The notes under the pieces were generated by a model that was given only the letters and a program-made list of their open reading frames with translations, had not been told where the DNA came from and did no database searches. This document shows, piece after piece, positions 28,428-32,000 of a stretch of DNA of 32,000 nucleotides. Origin of the DNA: Phycisphaera mikurensis NBRC 102666 (GTDB taxonomy: Bacteria > Planctomycetota > Phycisphaerae > Phycisphaerales > Phycisphaeraceae); contig NC_017080.1 in NCBI RefSeq assembly GCF_000284115.1, positions 2,640,001 to 2,672,000 on the forward strand. Reading direction: 5' to 3'. Made by a program: the position numbers and the translations under genes. The first letter of the stretch is position 1. The number at the start of each line of letters is the position of its first letter.

Positions 28428-30151
28428 AGACCTTCCTCCTCGCCTTGGCGGCCGTCACGCTCGTGCTCGTCGGCGTCCTCGCCGGCCCGCCGCTTCGCGT
28501 CGCCCTCGCGTCCTGGCAAGACGCCCCCGAGCCCGCCGCCGAAGGCGGCGGAGCCAAAGCGCAGCTTTGGCAAAGCGGGATGCACCCCTGGATCATCACC
28601 ACCGAGCCGGGCAACTGCCCGATCTGCGGGATGAAGCTCGAGCCCATCGACCCCGCGAAGCTCACCGGCGAGATCGCCATCGACCCGGTGGTGGTTCAGA
28701 ACATCGGCGTCCGCACGGCTCCGGTCGTCCGTGGTCCCGCCGTTGCGACCCTCCGCACCGTGGGCACCGTGGAGGTCGCCGAGCCCAACGTCCACGACGT
28801 GAATCTCCGCGTCTCCGGCTGGATCGTCGACCTCTTCGTCGACTACGAGGGGGCGGAGGTCGCGGCCGGCGACGAGCTGTTCACGCTCTACTCGCCGCAG
28901 CTCTACGCCGCCGCGGAGGAGTTCCTGCTGGCGGCGGGCGGGGGCTCCGCCGACGACCCGCTGCGGGGCTCGGCCCGGGACCGGCTGCTGAACCTGGGGC
29001 TCACCGAGTCCCAGGTTGACGCGCTGCGGGAGGCCGGCACCACCGAGCGGAACATGCCCGTCGTCAGCCCCGCCACCGGGACCGTCACCGAGAAGATGGT
29101 CAACGAGGGCATGAACGTCCAGCCGGGGATGCGGGTGTTCCGCATCGTCGACCTCTCCACCGTGTGGGTGCAGGTCACGCTCTACGAGTCGCAGCTGAGC
29201 GGCGTGGAGGTCGGCCAGCCCGCCACCCTGACGGTCGCCAGCCTGCCCGGCGAGACCTTCGAGGGCGAGCTGTCCTTCATCGACCCGACGCTGGACCCCC
29301 GGACCCGGGCCGTGCAAGCCCGCCTGGTCTTCGAGAACCCCGGGAACCGGCTCAAACCGGGGATGTTCGCGGACGTAACGCTCCGCAACGTGCTCGCCGA
29401 GGAAGCCGTGCTCGCGCCGCGGGAGGCGGTCGTCAAGACCGGCGCCCGCGAGCTGGCCTTCGTCGCCAAGGGCGGCGGACGCTTCGACCCCCGCGAGGTG
29501 GAGACCGCCGGCGACGTGGCCGACGGGAGGGTGCGCATCGCATCGGGCCTGGAGCCCGGCGAGAACGTGGTGACCAGCGGGCAGTTCCTGCTCGACAGCG
29601 AGGCGAGTGTGCGAGCTTCGCTCGCACGGATGGTCGGCGGCGAGGGCGGCGTTCGTGCCCGGGTGCCGCGCCCGCTCGGAGGTGGATCGGGAGAAGCGGG
29701 GAATCCCCAATTTCTGGAGGACGTGGCACCCGGGCGGGAGGAGACCGTTCCCTTGGCCAAGGCGTACCTCCAGCTCCAGACCAACCTCACGCGGAACGAG
29801 CCCGCGGGCGCCCCCGCCGTCGCGGAGGCCGCCCGCTCGCTCGCCGCGGCGTCCGACGGCCGCACCGCCGAGCTCGCCGCCGCCGTCGCCGAATCCGCGG
29901 ACCGCGTGCCCGCGGACGCCGATCTGGCCACGGTCCGCGGGTCCTTCGAAGCGATCTCCCTCGCCGCCGTCGAGCTCTTTGAGGCGGCCCCGCCGGCGGG
30001 CGTCGGCCCGCTCGCCGTCGCGCACTGCCCGATGGTCGACAAGGACTGGCTGCAGGCCGGCGCCGCCATCCGCAACCCGTACGACCCCTCGATGCTCACC
30101 TGCGGCACCGTGCTCCGCACCCTCCCCGAAGGAGCCGCCGATGCTCGCTGA
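28424..30151 (+). CDS. CusB/CzcB-like RND periplasmic adaptor with N-terminal heavy-metal-binding domain and C-terminal DUF3347-like domain
   Basis: MHPWIITTEPGNCPICGMKLEPI; MPVVSPATGTVTEKMVNEGMNVQPGMRVFRIVDLSTVWVQVTLYE; C-term HCPMVDKDWLQAGAAIRNPYDPSMLTCG. Confidence 0.9.
   Translation: MKTFLLALAAVTLVLVGVLAGPPLRVALASWQDAPEPAAEGGGAKAQLWQSGMHPWIITTEPGNCPICGMKLEPIDPAKLTGEIAIDPVVVQNIGVRTAPVVRGPAVATLRTVGTVEVAEPNVHDVNLRVSGWIVDLFVDYEGAEVAAGDELFTLYSPQLYAAAEEFLLAAGGGSADDPLRGSARDRLLNLGLTESQVDALREAGTTERNMPVVSPATGTVTEKMVNEGMNVQPGMRVFRIVDLSTVWVQVTLYESQLSGVEVGQPATLTVASLPGETFEGELSFIDPTLDPRTRAVQARLVFENPGNRLKPGMFADVTLRNVLAEEAVLAPREAVVKTGARELAFVAKGGGRFDPREVETAGDVADGRVRIASGLEPGENVVTSGQFLLDSEASVRASLARMVGGEGGVRARVPRPLGGGSGEAGNPQFLEDVAPGREETVPLAKAYLQLQTNLTRNEPAGAPAVAEAARSLAAASDGRTAELAAAVAESADRVPADADLATVRGSFEAISLAAVELFEAAPPAGVGPLAVAHCPMVDKDWLQAGAAIRNPYDPSMLTCGTVLRTLPEGAADAR
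29609..29627. repeat. Perfect hairpin inside the cusB-like gene
   Basis: GTGCGAGC-TTC-GCTCGCAC, 8-bp stem. Confidence 0.5.
29895..29940. repeat. 46-bp inverted-repeat element, copy D, inside the cusB-like gene
   Basis: Arms 29895-29904 and 29931-29940, exact, 26-nt spacer. Confidence 0.85.
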
Positions 30152-32000
30152 TCCCAACGCCAGGGAAGGCTTCACCGCGAAGCTGATCCGCGCCTGCGTG
30201 GCGAACCGCTTGCTCGTGCTGCTGCTCGCCGCGATCACCGCCGTGGGTGGCGTGTACGCCGCCCGGCACATCACCGTCGACGCGCTGCCGGACCTCTCCG
30301 ACGTGCAGGTCGTCGTGCGCACCGAGTTCCCGGGCCAGGCCCCGGGCATCGTGCAGGACCAGGTGACTTACCCGCTGACCACCGCGATGCTCGCGGTGCC
30401 CGACGCCGAGGTCGTGCGCGGGTATTCGATGTTCGGCACGAGCTTCGTGTATGTCCTCTTCGAGGACGGGACCGACCTGTACTGGGCGCGGAGTCGCGTG
30501 CTGGAGCAGCTCTCGACCGTGGACTCGCGCCTGCCGGAGGGGGTGACGCCGGAGCTGGGGCCGGATGCGACGGCGGTGGGCTGGGTCTACCAGTACGTGC
30601 TGACGACGGGGCCCTACTGCCCGGAGCACCCCGAGGGGCTTTGGCGGGACGAAGCCGGCGACTGGTCCGCGGAGAAGCCTGACGACCCGGAGGCGGAGCG
30701 CGTCAAGGTCTTCGACCACGACGCCGAGGTCTGCCCGCTGGACGGGACGCCGCTCGCGCAGGCCGACGCCTCGCTCGCCGAGCTGCGGAGCCTCCAGGAC
30801 TGGTACCTGCGGTACGAGTTGACGACGGTGGAGGGCGTGAGCGAGGTCGCCGCCATCGGCGGCTTCGTGAAGCAGTACCAGGTCACGATCGACCCCAACC
30901 GGCTGCTGGCGTACGGGCTCCCGCTGGGCAGAGTCCGCGAGGCAATCCAGCGGAGCAACCGCGACGTGGGCGGCCGCGTGGTGGAGCGCGGCGAGACCGA
31001 GTTCATGGTCCGCGGCCGCGGCTACCTGGGGACGGGAGACCCCACGGACGGGTCCGCGGAGGACACACTGGGCCGGGAGCAGACCGACCGCGTCCTCGAA
31101 GACCTGCGTTTGATCTCGCTGGGAACCGATGAGGACGGCTCGCCAATCTACCTCCGCGACGTCGCCGACGTGGCCATCGGCCCGGAGATCCGCCGCGGCG
31201 TGGCCGAGTGGGACGGGGAGGGCGAGACCGCCGGCGGCGTGGTCATCATGCGCTTCGGCGAGAACGCGCAGGCGACGATCGACCGCGTCCGCGACCGGCT
31301 CTTCGAGCTGGAGGAGGGCCTGCCGCCCGGCGTCGCGATCGACGTCGCCTACGACCGCAGCGACCTCATCGAGCGGGCGATCCACACGGTCTCCGAGACG
31401 CTGCTCGAGGAGATCCTCGTGGTCGGCTGCGTCATCCTGATCTTCTTGGCTCACGCCCGCAGCGCCTTGGTCGCCGCGCTGGTGCTGCCCGCCGGGGTGC
31501 TGCTGACGCTGGGCGTCATGTACGCGCTGGGCCTGAACGCGAACATCATGAGCCTGGGCGGGATCGCGATCTCGATCGGCGTCATGGTCGACAGCTCGAT
31601 CGTGATGGTCGAGAACGCGCACAAGCACCTCGAACGCGAGCACCACCGGCGCGAGGCGGGCGAGCCGCCACGCAGCCACGCGTCGGTGATCGCCGACGCC
31701 AGCGCGGAGGTCGGCCCCACGCTGTTCTTCTCGCTGCTGATCATCATGGTCAGCTTCCTGCCGATCTTCGTGCTCGACGGCCAGAGCGGCCGGCTCTTCA
31801 AGCCGCTGGCCTACACCAAGACCTTCGCCATGGCGGCCGCCGCGGGCGTGGCCGTCACGCTGATCCCGGTGGTGATGGTGTACACGCTCCGCGAGGGCGG
31901 CCCCCGGAAGCGGGTCGCGGCGCTCTGCGCGGCGGGAACCTTCGTCCTCTTCGCCCTCCTCCCGCTGGGGGCGCTGGAGGACAGCCGCTGGCTCGTCGCG
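30141..32000 (+). CDS. CusA/CzcA-like heavy-metal RND transporter (3'-truncated by the window)
   Basis: ITVDALPDLSDVQVVVRTEFPGQAPGIVQDQVTYPLTTAML, GYSMFGTSFVYVLFEDGTDLYWARSRVLEQL, HARSALVAALVLPAGVLLTL, ISIGVMVDSSIVMVENAHKHLE; open to the window end; 11-bp overlap with upstream gene. Confidence 0.92.
   Translation, partial: MLADPNAREGFTAKLIRACVANRLLVLLLAAITAVGGVYAARHITVDALPDLSDVQVVVRTEFPGQAPGIVQDQVTYPLTTAMLAVPDAEVVRGYSMFGTSFVYVLFEDGTDLYWARSRVLEQLSTVDSRLPEGVTPELGPDATAVGWVYQYVLTTGPYCPEHPEGLWRDEAGDWSAEKPDDPEAERVKVFDHDAEVCPLDGTPLAQADASLAELRSLQDWYLRYELTTVEGVSEVAAIGGFVKQYQVTIDPNRLLAYGLPLGRVREAIQRSNRDVGGRVVERGETEFMVRGRGYLGTGDPTDGSAEDTLGREQTDRVLEDLRLISLGTDEDGSPIYLRDVADVAIGPEIRRGVAEWDGEGETAGGVVIMRFGENAQATIDRVRDRLFELEEGLPPGVAIDVAYDRSDLIERAIHTVSETLLEEILVVGCVILIFLAHARSALVAALVLPAGVLLTLGVMYALGLNANIMSLGGIAISIGVMVDSSIVMVENAHKHLEREHHRREAGEPPRSHASVIADASAEVGPTLFFSLLIIMVSFLPIFVLDGQSGRLFKPLAYTKTFAMAAAAGVAVTLIPVVMVYTLREGGPRKRVAALCAAGTFVLFALLPLGALEDSRWLVA

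Overview
High-GC bacterial window. Gene content (exosortase, TPR protein, Wzc-like protein, Csp/CsoR copper genes) fits a planctomycete-like genome, but this is inference. Left part (1-12.7 kb, + strand) is an exopolysaccharide/exosortase locus: SLBB export protein C-terminus, exosortase fused to an EpsI-like domain, a 1.5k-residue TPR protein, a Wzz/BY-kinase-like protein with a degenerate Walker A, a sugar-nucleotide epimerase and a WecA/TagO-like phosphoglycosyltransferase. Middle part (12.8-16.2 kb) holds rpsT, frr, pyrH and a NYN-type PIN-like protein. Right part (16.2-32 kb) is a two-part copper/heavy-metal module: HMA-MauE fusion, multicopper oxidase, TolC-like protein, lipoprotein, Csp-like Cys-rich four-helix protein and divergent CsoR, then a CusCBA-like RND system with Cys-rich accessory proteins. 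The module is interrupted by a methyltransferase, a UbiA-like membrane protein and acetyl-CoA synthetase. Most interesting non-coding observations: (1) a 46-bp element CCGCGGACCG-N26-CGGTCCGCGG, found four times exactly with identical spacing but different spacers, both between and inside genes, plus one near-copy and several half-sites; (2) a ~430-bp block between pyrH and frr bounded by 95-nt inverted arms (75/95 identical, ungapped), each holding an 8-bp hairpin whose stem differs from its partner by three compensatory changes; (3) a TACCCC-ACG-GGGGTA operator-like palindrome between csoR and the csp gene. No CRISPR array, tRNA or transposase gene was recognised.
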